64,000 bases of DNA from assembly GCA_016188215.1 (NCBI GenBank), contig JACPIF010000001.1:5923-69922 (forward strand), in the 5' to 3' direction. This stretch comes from Candidatus Woesearchaeota archaeon. GTDB taxonomy: Archaea; Nanobdellota; Nanobdellia; Woesearchaeales; JACPIF01. Below are positions 1-10,456 of this stretch, piece by piece (position 1 is the first letter of the stretch; each line of letters opens with the position of its first letter). A program made the position numbers and the translations under genes. Under the pieces are notes generated by a model. The model had not been told where the DNA came from, did no database searches, and saw only the letters and a program-made list of their open reading frames with translations.

Positions 1-711
1 TACCAGTATAATAGTCATAATATTCCCCCGATGCCGCCCGGATAACTCCTCTAAAAATATTTACGGGTAAATCCCATAGATTTTTCCCAATAACACCAAG
101 TCCTTTTGTAAACCTATCATACCCCTGGTAAATTGTCTTGAATGTGTCAACAGGAATAATCGCCTTTGCAAGCCCTAGGTCATTTCCTAATGTAGTCATT
201 ATGGTGGGAAATCCAATAACAAGCCACGCTGTGATATACAGTATCAAAGCAATTTTAGTTGTCCTTGTGCCTCCTGTTAACATCAGGAATAGCGGCCATG
301 CTGGTATGAATGTAACCAAGAAAATAAATGTCTCAGTACCCGTTATGATGTTAAGCCAAGGGAATGAAGCAGCATACGGAATTAAAAACATCCATAGCGA
401 TAAGGCTAAAGGCAGTTTTGCTGCTCCAAAGTCTAGAGTGGCTGCCCCCCTGTTAAACACGACCAACCAAGCATATATGGTCAATACAAAATAAAGGAAA
501 AACCTAACGGCGAACGCTTGATAGCCTGTTATTACATCAATTAAATGTACAACTATTGTGACGAATAACAAGACGTTAACGCCTGACATAAATCTTGCAG
601 TTCCAGAGATAGCGGATCCACCTGCCGAGCCACCTACTGCAATCGTTGTCATCAAACCAGAACCCAATCTCTTCATACCTCTACCCGTAGCAGCAATTCC
701 CCTCCCAGTCA
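1..711 (-). CDS. Hypothetical polytopic membrane protein, partial (runs off the window start)
   Basis: Reverse-strand reading frame open from an ATG at about 711 to position 1. The hydrophobic, TM-rich translation (…LLFVTIVVHLIDVITGYQAF…) is not in the ORF track because it is truncated. The 138..494(+) ORF is its antisense shadow. Confidence 0.4.
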
Positions 712-919
712 TACTTAAAGCCTGAGCAGCCCTTACCCTCCTGTACTCTTTTGCGGCCTAAAGTCAAGTCTTCCCTCTTTCTACGCGCCTCTTCAGCCCT
801 TGCAGCAGCCTGCTCCTTATTAAAATAATTCTGAATCCAGTCTCTTGCAGCCATAATACCTCTTTACACCAATACGGAAGAATACAGCATTTAAACCTTA
901 CTCCTCATCGCTCAGCAGC

Positions 920-2089
920 TTAGTTCTTCTTAATGGTAACATTCAGCTCAACTATATACAGGGTCTCCTTCGGGATGATCTCTATGAAGTTATTGCCTTC
1001 CTCAACAAACCCGTCAATGTTCCTGGTAAAAACAGGCTTTTCCTGGTCTATCCTGAACTTGTGGCCGTTGACGCTCACGTCAGCCGCCTTTGTCTCCTTG
1101 TCATCAACGAAGCGCATGGCCATGATCACATCTTTCCTGTTTTCAGTCACATTGATAAAATCGCTTTCATTAAGCTCAAAGAAGTATACTGCTGACCGGG
1201 TCTTCTTGAAATCAATATCCAGCCTTATCTGCTCTATGCTGTAGCTGCCCCTGGATGACCTGAATGCAAGGCTGTTGCTGCCGTCATTCAACATATCCTC
1301 ATTGATGTCCAGCATCACAGGATCATCACAAACAGGGACAGATGAATAGACATTACGGTTATTGAGCAGGACTTCCAATGATCCAAGACTTGCCACACTG
1401 CTGCAGAAAGGTATGAAGCGAAGCTGCGACCTTTCTATATTAGTCAGCTCTGCATTAGTCACTACAAAAGAATTCTGGCTCTTTTGGCGGCTTATGTCAG
1501 TGACATCCCCTATAACCTTAATATCTTCAAGGCTGTACTCATTGGTGCGCCAGAATTTCCAGCCGACGCTGCTCGCTGAGAATTCAAGCTGATTAGCATC
1601 CTTGAGAAGCTCCTTGCGCAATTCTATAGGCTCAATAGCCCCTGCTGCCCCGTATTCAAGAATTGTTTCGCCGTTCAGCTTTATTATAAGATCACCCTTA
1701 GCCTTTTTTATTGAAAAAGAAAGGAATACGTTATCAGTATTCTTAATATCAGGTATGGAGAACTCAGCTGCCTTATCTTTCTCATCAAAGATACCATTCC
1801 TTACCGTGAAAGGAGCAAACTTTGCCAGCAGCTGCGATTCAACTGATTCCAGGAGATTGACATTTGGAAAGTCAATGTCACGCTTATCATCTTCCCTAAA
1901 AGAAAGCGTGCCGGGGAACTCTTCAAGGAGCGTTGAAATATTAACCCTCTTAGAGATTGGCCTGCTTCCTGAATCGCCATTGTCTTCAAGCAGGGCTTCA
2001 CGCTCTTCAGGAGGCAATATTACTATATAGAGCACAATGAGCAGCAGGATGATAAGGACTAGGGTATGGGCCTGCGCTTTCTTTCTCAT
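920..2089 (-). CDS. Hypothetical membrane-anchored protein (N-terminal TM helix plus a large extracytoplasmic domain)
   Basis: 389-aa ORF. The N-terminal LVLIILLLIVLYIVIL is a single TM or signal anchor. No recognisable catalytic motif. Confidence 0.45.
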   Translation of the reverse strand: MRKKAQAHTLVLIILLLIVLYIVILPPEEREALLEDNGDSGSRPISKRVNISTLLEEFPGTLSFREDDKRDIDFPNVNLLESVESQLLAKFAPFTVRNGIFDEKDKAAEFSIPDIKNTDNVFLSFSIKKAKGDLIIKLNGETILEYGAAGAIEPIELRKELLKDANQLEFSASSVGWKFWRTNEYSLEDIKVIGDVTDISRQKSQNSFVVTNAELTNIERSQLRFIPFCSSVASLGSLEVLLNNRNVYSSVPVCDDPVMLDINEDMLNDGSNSLAFRSSRGSYSIEQIRLDIDFKKTRSAVYFFELNESDFINVTENRKDVIMAMRFVDDKETKAADVSVNGHKFRIDQEKPVFTRNIDGFVEEGNNFIEIIPKETLYIVELNVTIKKN

Positions 2090-2207
2090 ATTGACACCTT
2101 TTTGTATAGCTTTCCATTACTGTAAAAATTGCCTATATAAATGTTACTTTAGTTAAGGTTGCGGCAGCGACAATACCCTTAAATATACTGCAAGGATAGT
2201 ATGCTGC

Positions 2208-3259
2208 ATGCAAAAGCTGTACAGCAACCTGAAGCAGGGCGAGATAAAGGTAAGGGTGACTAATCCTGATGACCTGTGGAGCCTGTCCCAGATCATAGAG
2301 CAGGGAGATACCATCAAAGGCATAACAACCAGAAAGATCAAGATGGGAGATGCAGGGGAGTCTGTAAAGAAAACAATGTTTATTACAATTCTTGCTGAAT
2401 CTGTGGAGTTTCACGAGTACCAGAATTCGCTGAGAGTTTCAGGCAAGGTGCTTGAGGCACCGGAGGATGTGCCAAAGGGGTCTTACCATACTATAAACGT
2501 GGAGCAGGATAGTGTAGTGAGCATCGTCAAGGGGCACTGGGCAAAATACCAGCTTGACAGGCTGCATGAGGCTCTGGAAGAGCAGCCACAGGCATTGATA
2601 TGCGTGTTTGACAGGGAGTATGCATACTTTGCCCTGCTAAAGAAATACAAGTATGAGCTGCTACTCGAGCTGCATGGAACTGTGCAGAAAAAAGAGGATG
2701 CAACCAAAGTCACCTCAAACTTCTACCAGCAAATAATAGGTCATCTGAAGGAATATAGCGAGCGCTACAATACTGCAGCCATTATCCTTGCAAGCCCGGC
2801 ATTCTGGCGGGAATACCTCATGGAAGAGCTCAAGGATGAGGCGCTGAAGAAAAGATACGGCTGGCAAGCTGCTCCTCTGCAACAGTGAATGCGATAGAAG
2901 AAGTCATCAAGAGCAATGAAGTCAAGGAGCTCCTGAAAAAAGATAGAGTGACACAGGAATCAAAAATTATAGAGGAGCTCTTCAGGGAGATTGCAAAAGA
3001 TGCACTGGCTGCCTATGGGCTGGAGGATACCGGAGAGGCTGTAGAGGCAGGGGCTGTGCGAAGCCTGCTCATCGCAGATTCCCTAATAAAAAAGATGAGG
3101 CAGGAAGGAAGCTACAACAGGCTTGAAAGGCTTATGAAAAAGGCTGAATCAATGCAGGGAGAGGTAATATTGATAAGCGCGGCGCATGAATCTGGCAAGA
3201 AGCTTGAGGGATTGGGAGGTATTGCCGCACTCCTGCGGTACAAGTTCAAGTATCATTGA
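2208..3259 (+). pseudogene. pelA: Pelota/Dom34 (mRNA surveillance, eRF1-like) split into 2208..2888 and 2885..3259 by a frameshift
   Basis: ORF1 begins MQKLYSNLKQGEIKVRVTNPDDLWSLSQIIEQGD (Pelota N-domain). ORF2 has the Pelota C-domain (AYGLEDTGEAVEAGAVRSLLIAD…GGIAALLRYKF). The +1 frame is open from 2840 and reads …EEKIRLASCSSATVNAIEEV, which bridges the two parts. The shift maps to an AAAA run at 2850-2853. Confidence 0.75.
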
Positions 3260-3386
3260 ATGTCAGAATTCCACCATTCTAAGTCCTAAAAGAAATTTCG
3301 TTCTTAACATTAAACTGCCAATGAGCAACCCACATACCCTTGCCCCGCCACCCGCCCACTACTTATCATCATTTTACTTCTGAACA

Positions 3387-4784
3387 CTATTTCTTTCCAA
3401 TCCGACTGATTAATGCAGCCATTGCCTTTGCGGATTTGCGGACGTCATTGTAGTCAGGAATCCCGTTCTCCTCAAGGTAGCGGAAGCTTGATTTGGTGAA
3501 CTTGCCGCCCATGTACGTGCAGATAATCGGTTTGCCAGGATGCTTCTGTTTTGCAGCTATCACTATCTTAGCATCTTCCAACGCCTCAGTCATTGTCTGC
3601 AGGGTCTGTATGACAATCAGGCCGGCAATATAATCCTGCGCCAGCAAGATATCCAATGCAGCTTTGTAGCGGACAGGAAGCGCATCGCCTACAATATCCA
3701 ATGGATTTGCACGGGAATATGCAGGGTGCATGACTCCTGAACGGTCAAGCTCTTTTATGGTTGCCTTGTCAAGCTCTACAAGATTAATGCCAAATTCTGA
3801 GCAATAATCTGCACACAAAACACCTGGCCCGCCGCCGTTTGTGACAATGGCAATAGCATTCTTTTTCGGCACAGGCTGGGTTGCAAACACCTTGGCAATG
3901 TCAAACATTTCCTCAACGCTCTCAGCCAGCACGACGCCAGCTTGACGAAATGCAGCTTTATAGATATCATAGTCTCCTGCAAGGTTTCCGGTATGCGAGC
4001 TGATAGCTTTTACCCCGCGAAGTGTCTTGCCAGCCTTTAGCACTATAATTGGCTTTTTCTTGCTGACAGAGCCGGCTACCTTCAGGAATCTTCTGCCATC
4101 ACGTATTGACTCAATGTAAAGTGCTATCACTTTTGTTTCCAAGTCTTCTGCAAAATATTCTATGAAATCAGACACATCCCTGTCAGCTGAGTTTCCAAGG
4201 CTTACTATACTGCTGAATCCATAGCTCTCCTCAATTGCCCAGTCAATGATAGAATCTGCTAAGGCGCCTGATTGAGACACAAATGCAACATTTCCTTTAG
4301 GTGGCATGCTCGGTGCAAAGCTTGCATTCAGATGAGTGGATGTACGGATGATGCCCAGGCAGTTTGGGCCTATGAGCGGGATTTTGGCTCTCCTCAGTTT
4401 CTTTACAATACGCTCCTGGGATTCCCTGCCCTGCGCGCTGAATTCTGCGAAGCCTGCAGAAATTATTATGACACCTTTTACCCTTTTTTTGATGCATGCA
4501 TCAACCTGATCTTCAACTAGAGGGGCAGGCGTCGCTATGATTGCCAGGTCAATCTGTTCCTTCACCTGAGCAAGGATGCGGTGGCAGCTGGCCCCAAGTA
4601 TCTTGTCGGCAAAAGGGTTTACCAGGAATACCTTTCCTAAGAATGGCGCACAGTAGCGGCAGCGCATGACACAGCCTTCCAGCAAGTTTTTTGCCAGGCC
4701 ATATCCTACACTTTTAGGATCCCTTGAAGCCCCAATTAGTGCGATAGTCCTCGGATTGAATAGAGAGCTTAAACCTTGGCTCAT
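3387..4784 (-). CDS. acdA: Acetyl-CoA synthetase (ADP-forming) alpha subunit, CoA-binding/ligase-CoA domains
   Basis: 465 aa with LIGPNCLGI and NVAFVSQSGAL motifs typical of the NDP-forming acyl-CoA synthetase alpha subunit. 4-nt overlap with the upstream beta gene. Confidence 0.75.
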   Translation of the reverse strand: MSQGLSSLFNPRTIALIGASRDPKSVGYGLAKNLLEGCVMRCRYCAPFLGKVFLVNPFADKILGASCHRILAQVKEQIDLAIIATPAPLVEDQVDACIKKRVKGVIIISAGFAEFSAQGRESQERIVKKLRRAKIPLIGPNCLGIIRTSTHLNASFAPSMPPKGNVAFVSQSGALADSIIDWAIEESYGFSSIVSLGNSADRDVSDFIEYFAEDLETKVIALYIESIRDGRRFLKVAGSVSKKKPIIVLKAGKTLRGVKAISSHTGNLAGDYDIYKAAFRQAGVVLAESVEEMFDIAKVFATQPVPKKNAIAIVTNGGGPGVLCADYCSEFGINLVELDKATIKELDRSGVMHPAYSRANPLDIVGDALPVRYKAALDILLAQDYIAGLIVIQTLQTMTEALEDAKIVIAAKQKHPGKPIICTYMGGKFTKSSFRYLEENGIPDYNDVRKSAKAMAALISRIGKK

Positions 4785-5398
4785 AGCAGCATCCTCACAT
4801 CAACAATATGGCATCCATCTTCATTGATAAGTATAGGGTTAAAGTCAAGCTCCTTTACTGCCTCTTTTTCCATGAGCCTTGCCACTCTGCTTATGATATC
4901 AGCCAGCTGATTTTTGTGGTGCATATCCAAGGGTATTGGAATCTCTTGTATCATCTCAAGCGCCTGGCTTGCAGTAATAGGGCAAATTCTAATAGCAGTC
5001 TGCCTGAGCGCTTCGGCATAAATTCCTCCAAAACCAAACAAGACAATAGGGCCGAATGAGGCATCCTGCTTGCCGCCAACTATGATTTCAAATCCGTCAA
5101 CCTGCGGCTGCAGAACCAGCTCAAACCTTGTGATGTGATGCTCATGGATAATTTCAAGCATGCTTTTGTGGGCTGCAACTAAACCAGGCTCATCCCTGAT
5201 ACCTGTAATGACGGCCCCTGCCATGCTTTTATGGAGAATCTCCCGGGCATAGAGCTTGAGGACGCAGGGGTAGCCTATTTTTACTGCCTGCCTTTTTAGC
5301 GCTGGAAAATCCTTATTGGACGCACTTGCAAAAATGATTGGCTTGAGCCTGTATCTTTTCAGCAGCCCAACACTTCCTTTAAAATCCATCACCCTCAT
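4781..5398 (-). CDS. acdB: Acetyl-CoA synthetase (ADP-forming) beta subunit (ATP-grasp)
   Basis: 205 aa with an ATP-grasp-like sequence (YPCVLKL…GGIYAE). Operonic with the alpha subunit. Confidence 0.65.
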   Translation of the reverse strand: MRVMDFKGSVGLLKRYRLKPIIFASASNKDFPALKRQAVKIGYPCVLKLYAREILHKSMAGAVITGIRDEPGLVAAHKSMLEIIHEHHITRFELVLQPQVDGFEIIVGGKQDASFGPIVLFGFGGIYAEALRQTAIRICPITASQALEMIQEIPIPLDMHHKNQLADIISRVARLMEKEAVKELDFNPILINEDGCHIVDVRMLL

Positions 5399-5528
5399 TT
5401 TATAGCATAATAATTGTCCTACATTTTAAAAGCTACTCAAAAGCTGCCTTATTGACACCTTTTAGCAATATTTATATAGAAGTAATACTATAGTAGTATA
5501 ACTCCTTAGTGGGAACTAAGTGTTATGA

Positions 5529-5567
5529 GTAGTAGATAATTAAGGCGAACTGCCTATTATATACTAC
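5529..5567. promoter_or_regulatory. Candidate operator palindrome in the acdB/trmB divergent intergenic region
   Basis: GTAGTAGATAAT-N15-ATTATATACTAC (12-bp arms, one mismatch). Related half-sites TAGTAGTATAAC (5491) and ATAGTAGTTG (5592). Also a CTTAGT-gggaa-ACTAAG hairpin at 5505-5521. Confidence 0.3.
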
Positions 5568-5656
5568 AATGTGGCAACCGCAACATATTAATAGTAGTTG
5601 TGTTTTGCCATCAATCAATAACAAAAAAGTATTGTTTCCAAAAAGGGGTGGAAGCT

Positions 5657-6481
5657 ATGATTGTAAAAGAAGAATTTTTGAGCAAATTAAGGCGGTATTT
5701 CTCGCTGAACCTTTATGAAGTAAAAATATGGACTGCACTGCTCTCCCGCGGCGTGAGCACAGCAGGCGAACTTTCTGACATAGCCAATGTGCCAAGGAGC
5801 AGAAGCTATGATGTCTTAGAAAGCCTTGAAAAGAAAGGATTTGTTGTCATGAAGCTGGGCAAGCCAATAAAGTATATTGCAGTGGCACCGCAGGAAGTAG
5901 TAGAGCGCGTCAAGAAAAACATGGCTGCTGAAGCTGAGGAACGGATTGGAAGGCTTGAAAAGCTTAAGGAGACTGACATCCTGGGCGAATTGAGCATGCT
6001 GCATAAGCAGGGCGTTGAGCTTGTTGAGCCTAGCGACCTCTCCGGATCACTCAGGGGAAGGCATAATCTCTATAATCATCTTGAGCTACTTATCAGGAAT
6101 GCCGAGGAATCTGTGGTAATCATGACCACTACACAAGGCCTGATGCGGAAAGTAGAGGGGCTCAAGCCAGTATTTGAAAAGCTTAAGAAGCGCGGAGTGA
6201 AGATCAAGATTGCAGCGCCATTGACCAAGGAAGCTGCAGCTGCCATAAAGGATATATCAGAGGTTGCGGAAGTCAGGCATACAACCAATAAGTCGCGGTT
6301 TACCATTGTAGACGGCAAGGAGCTGCTGTTCATGGTCCTGGATGACAAGGATGTGCATCCGACTTATGACGTGGGCATCTGGGTCAATACACCATTTTTT
6401 GCCAAATCACTGAATGACCTGTTTGAATTAGCATGGAAACAGATGAAGCCTGCAGAAGACGTCATCAAGGTTAAAGTTTAG
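5657..6481 (+). CDS. trmB: TrmB-family transcriptional regulator
   Basis: N-terminal wHTH YEVKIWTALLSRGVSTAGELSDIANVPRSRSYDVLESLEKKGFV with a TrmB-like C-terminal domain. SD-like GGGGTGG lies 6 nt before the ATG at 5657. The track ORF begins at 5600 but 5657 is the likely start. Confidence 0.7.
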   Translation: MIVKEEFLSKLRRYFSLNLYEVKIWTALLSRGVSTAGELSDIANVPRSRSYDVLESLEKKGFVVMKLGKPIKYIAVAPQEVVERVKKNMAAEAEERIGRLEKLKETDILGELSMLHKQGVELVEPSDLSGSLRGRHNLYNHLELLIRNAEESVVIMTTTQGLMRKVEGLKPVFEKLKKRGVKIKIAAPLTKEAAAAIKDISEVAEVRHTTNKSRFTIVDGKELLFMVLDDKDVHPTYDVGIWVNTPFFAKSLNDLFELAWKQMKPAEDVIKVKV

Positions 6482-6588
6482 GCGGTGCTAGAAATGATGC
6501 GTAAGGATACTGCGGGCTTTCCAGATTTTTCTTTTACCTTTTTTTGCTAGCCCTGCTAGCTTCTAATCTTTTCAAACTTACAAATTTA

Positions 6589-6682
6589 TTGAAAATTCAT
6601 GCTAAAGCAAGGGGTTTTAAACCCATGAATTTCAATCCCGCAAACTTGCCTCGTGATTGATAGGCAAGTTTGCGTTATTTTT
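6589..6682 (+). terminator. Tandem hairpins plus T-tract between trmB and pheS
   Basis: TTGAAAATTCATG…CATGAATTTCAA (11-bp stem, 23-nt loop). Then GCAAACTTGCC-tcgtgattgata-GGCAAGTTTGC (11-bp perfect stem) followed by GTTATTTTT. Confidence 0.4.
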
Positions 6683-6756
6683 AGCAGAGCTATAAATCAG
6701 AACTGGAGAACTGGTAAGATTTTTAAAAGGGTTACACATAACATCATTAGCGCACT

Positions 6757-8289
6757 ATGGACATTGAAAAAATAATTGACGGCCTGCATCCCCTGGAACG
6801 GAAGGTTCTGGCAGCACTCAGGACAGAGCTTGATTTTGACAGGCTTGCAAAGAAAAGCAAGCTTAAAGATGTTGAACTAGCCCGCGCCCTAGTCTGGATG
6901 GAGGGCAAAGGCATTGTGAAGCTGCAGGAACAGAGTAGCACATTCATAGAGCCTGCTGAAAACGGAAAGCGATATCTTGCAGAAGGGCTGCCGGAGCGGA
7001 GGTTGCTGAAAGCGCTTGAAAGGGAGCATACCCTGCCTCAGCTGCAGCATGCAACGCAACTCACCGATGATGAGATTTCTGTCTCTATCGGCATACTGAA
7101 AAAGAAACAGGCAATCACAGTGCGAAAGGATGCTGAGCTCAAAATAGCGCGGACCGCGACAGGAAATGAATATATGCGCAAGAAATTCATAGAAGAGACT
7201 TTCCTGAAAGAATTGCCGCTGAAGCTAGCAGGGCTTAGCGCCGAGCAGGCATTTGCCTATGAAGAACTGAAGAAGAGGAAGGCGATTGTAACAACTGTTA
7301 CAATAAAGAAACAGGAGATTACAGTTACTGAGCTTGGAAAAAGGCTGCTTGTGAAAGATGTCAAGCAGCAGCAAGAATATCTTGAAACACTTACGCCTGA
7401 GATGCTCAAAACAGGCTCATGGAAAAACAAGAGATTCAGGACTTTTGACATCGCGGCGCCTGTCCCAAGGATTTACCCTGGAAAGAGGCATTTCACCAAC
7501 CAGGCTGTTGAATATGCGCGCAGGATATGGCTGGATCTCGGATTCAGCGAGATGCACGGGAGGCTGCTGCATACGTCGTTTTGGAATTTTGATGCGCTAT
7601 TCACAGCGCAGGACCATCCTGTGAGAGATATGCAGGATACGTTCTTCATCAAGGATCCTGAAAAAGGAAAATTGCCTGATAAGGAACTAGTAAAGAGAAC
7701 CAAAACAGTGCATGAAAATGGCTGGACGACCGGCAGCACAGGATGGCGTTATGCCTGGAGAGAGGAAGAATCCAAAAAGAATGTGCTGCGGACGCATACC
7801 ACGGTTCTCAGCGCCAGGACAATCGCCGCACTCAAGGAGTCAGACCTGCCTGCAAAATTCTTTGCCATTGGCAAATGCTTCAGGAACGAGACGTTGGACT
7901 GGAGCCACCTGTTTGAATTTGACCAGGTGGAAGGAATTGTTGTGGATCCTGATGCCAACTTCAAGCACCTAATCGGTTACCTCAAGAACTTCTTTTTGAA
8001 GATGGGGTATAAGGCTGTGAGGGTGCGTCCTGCTTATTTTCCCTATACTGAAATGAGCGCAGAGGTTGATGTGCTGCACCCCGTGCATAACAAGTGGATT
8101 GAGCTCGCCGGCTCTGGAATTTTCAGGCCGGAGGTCGTCAAGCCGCTGCTGGGGAAAGATGTGCCTGTCATTGCATGGGGCCTTGGGTTTCCCAGGACAA
8201 TTGCAGAATACTACAAGATAACCGATATCAGGGACCTGTACAGGAATGACCTGCGGCAGCTGCGGGAGATGAAACTGTGGATGAAATAA
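6757..8289 (+). CDS. pheS: Phenylalanyl-tRNA synthetase alpha subunit (archaeal type)
   Basis: 510 aa with class II aaRS motifs (FRNETLDWSHLFEFDQVEG) and an N-terminal wHTH extension. Confidence 0.85.
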   Translation: MDIEKIIDGLHPLERKVLAALRTELDFDRLAKKSKLKDVELARALVWMEGKGIVKLQEQSSTFIEPAENGKRYLAEGLPERRLLKALEREHTLPQLQHATQLTDDEISVSIGILKKKQAITVRKDAELKIARTATGNEYMRKKFIEETFLKELPLKLAGLSAEQAFAYEELKKRKAIVTTVTIKKQEITVTELGKRLLVKDVKQQQEYLETLTPEMLKTGSWKNKRFRTFDIAAPVPRIYPGKRHFTNQAVEYARRIWLDLGFSEMHGRLLHTSFWNFDALFTAQDHPVRDMQDTFFIKDPEKGKLPDKELVKRTKTVHENGWTTGSTGWRYAWREEESKKNVLRTHTTVLSARTIAALKESDLPAKFFAIGKCFRNETLDWSHLFEFDQVEGIVVDPDANFKHLIGYLKNFFLKMGYKAVRVRPAYFPYTEMSAEVDVLHPVHNKWIELAGSGIFRPEVVKPLLGKDVPVIAWGLGFPRTIAEYYKITDIRDLYRNDLRQLREMKLWMK

Positions 8290-8374
8290 TAAAAACTACA
8301 GAAAGAGAGGATTACGGGATTTATGGAATTCATATTTATACTAGTCATACACTGTATACGGTGAACTGTGAACC

Positions 8375-10057
8375 ATGCCGAGCGTTAAGCTGAACAAAGA
8401 TGTGTTTGAGAAGCTAGTGGGCAAGAAACTGCCTCTTGAGAAGCTCAAGGATAGGATCAGCTATCTTGGAACTGATCTTGAGAAGATTGAAGGCAATGAG
8501 ATACACGTAGAAGTGTTTCCAAACAGGCCGGATATGCTTTCTGAGCAGGGGTTCGCAAGAGCATTCAGCGCATTCATAGGACAGAAGCCAGGGCTCCGCA
8601 ATTATTCTGCAAAAAAAGCAGGGCATAAGCTCATAGTTGAGAAATCACTCCCAAAAGAATGGCCGTTTGCTTTTGCATGCGTTATCAAGGGGCTAACTTT
8701 CACTGATGAGCGCATCCGGGAAGTCATACAGCTGCAGGAAAAGCTTGGTGTCACGCTTCTCCGCAGAAGGAAAAAAGGAGGTATTGGGCTTTACCCGCTT
8801 GAAAAAATATCTTTCCCAATCAAGTTCAAAGGCATGGATCCTGACGCAATTAAGTTCCAGCCGCTTGAGTACCCTGATGTTATCACGGGCCGCGAAATAC
8901 TTTCCCTGCATCCAACAGGAAGAGAATATGCGCATATTGTGGAAGGATGGGACAGGCTCCCTGTTTTTGTAGACAACAAGGGAATAATCATGTCAATGCC
9001 GCCTATCATAAATTCACATACAGTCGGGAAGATAGATGAAACTACACAGAATATCTTCTTGGAAATAACAGGCAATGATTTCTTTACGCTCCAGACAGCG
9101 CTTTCCGTTATGGCTACTTCACTTGCCGACATGGGCGGAATAATTTACTCAATTGACTGCGTGCAGCAGGACGGGAAAGCTCTTGAGATGCCGAATCTTG
9201 CACCAAGGGAAATGCGGCTTGACCTTGCTTACTGCAACAAGCTGCTTGGGCTGAATCTGAAACAACAGGATGCCAAGAAACTTTTGGAGCGCATGGGGTA
9301 TGGATTCCATAATGGGAATAAAGAAAATAACGGAAATTGCGGGAAGGTCCTTGTACCTGCTTACCGGTATGATATACTGCATCAAATAGACTTGGTTGAA
9401 GATATAGCAATTGCCTATGGCTATGAGAATTTTACTGCAGAGATACCAAGCATAAGCACTATCGGCAATGAGGATGCCTTCTACAGGTTCAGGGAGCGCA
9501 TTGCCACACTGCTGACCGGCCTCGGGTATATGGAGGCAGCAACTTATCACCTTGGCAGCCATGATATAAACAGAAAGATGCAGCATGAGGTTGAGATGAT
9601 TGAGCTCGCAGGCTCAAAATCCCAGGATTATTCATTCCTGAGGGCCTGGCTGCTTCCCAACATGCTGAAAGTATTGAGCGAGAATACTGATAACGCGTAT
9701 CCGCAGGATATCTTTGAGATGGGCATTGTGTTCAGGAAAAATACAGCAGAAGAAACCAATGTTGAGGAGACCTGGAAGCTTGCTGTTGCCTTGAGCCACG
9801 GAAAGGCAAACTATACGCATATCAAGCAGGTGCTTGAAACCATTGCTAGCCACCTTGAACTGCGGCCAGAGCTTGAGGAGCTGGAGCATTCATCGTTCAT
9901 ACCCGGCAGGGGGGCATCAATCAGCGTAAAAGGGAAGAAAGTAGGGTTTATGGGTGAAGTGCAACCTGTAGTGCTCGGCAACTGGAACCTTGAGATGCCG
10001 GCAGTCTGTCTGGAAATCAATCTGAATATATTGTATATGCTCTTCCTTGAATCATAG
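8375..10057 (+). CDS. pheT: Phenylalanyl-tRNA synthetase beta subunit (archaeal type)
   Basis: 560 aa. N-terminus MPSVKLNKDVFEKLVGKKLPLEKLKDRISYLGTDLEKIEGNEIHVEVFPNRPDM is characteristic of archaeal PheT (B3/4 domain). Confidence 0.85.
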   Translation: MPSVKLNKDVFEKLVGKKLPLEKLKDRISYLGTDLEKIEGNEIHVEVFPNRPDMLSEQGFARAFSAFIGQKPGLRNYSAKKAGHKLIVEKSLPKEWPFAFACVIKGLTFTDERIREVIQLQEKLGVTLLRRRKKGGIGLYPLEKISFPIKFKGMDPDAIKFQPLEYPDVITGREILSLHPTGREYAHIVEGWDRLPVFVDNKGIIMSMPPIINSHTVGKIDETTQNIFLEITGNDFFTLQTALSVMATSLADMGGIIYSIDCVQQDGKALEMPNLAPREMRLDLAYCNKLLGLNLKQQDAKKLLERMGYGFHNGNKENNGNCGKVLVPAYRYDILHQIDLVEDIAIAYGYENFTAEIPSISTIGNEDAFYRFRERIATLLTGLGYMEAATYHLGSHDINRKMQHEVEMIELAGSKSQDYSFLRAWLLPNMLKVLSENTDNAYPQDIFEMGIVFRKNTAEETNVEETWKLAVALSHGKANYTHIKQVLETIASHLELRPELEELEHSSFIPGRGASISVKGKKVGFMGEVQPVVLGNWNLEMPAVCLEINLNILYMLFLES

Positions 10058-10135
10058 GGGTAGAAGAAAAATCCCGAAAAAATTTGTTTGCTGACTTGAT
10101 GTCAGTTCTAATTCATTTCTTTTCCTTAGCCACTT

Positions 10136-10456
10136 TCACTTCTTTTGTTTTTTAGAGTCAATTTTATGGTGAATTGGATTTTCCTGCGTTGCAGCCTGCT
10201 GCTTTTCAGCCTTCGGCTTCCTCTCCTTGATATCAATGCCTATCGCCTTGAAGGCGGCCCTGACTTCTTCACTAGAAGCATTTTTTTTTATGTCAAGCTT
10301 TGTTGATAATGGCTCAAGATGCACAAGATTGCTGCGCTTTCTTCTTGTTTCCCCATCAACAATGACAAAGTTCTTGTCAAGCAAGTCAACTATGACGCAC
10401 TTCCTCCCAGCATCCCTGCCTGCAGTCTTTATGCATATCCTTCCAATCTCTATCAT
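10136..10456 (-). CDS. rpl14e: Ribosomal protein L14e (KOW)
   Basis: GRICIKTAGRDAGRKCVIV motif. It lies at the conserved archaeal position downstream of L34e. Confidence 0.8.
   Translation of the reverse strand: MIEIGRICIKTAGRDAGRKCVIVDLLDKNFVIVDGETRRKRSNLVHLEPLSTKLDIKKNASSEEVRAAFKAIGIDIKERKPKAEKQQAATQENPIHHKIDSKKQKK

Noticed and set aside
138-494. 118-aa plus-strand ORF at the window start
   Set aside because: It lies antisense to a long, strongly hydrophobic minus-strand reading frame (1-711) that looks like the real gene.
738-854. 57-aa minus-strand ORF MAARDWIQNYF…
   Set aside because: It is short and overlaps, in another frame, the start region of the long membrane-protein ORF. No motif.
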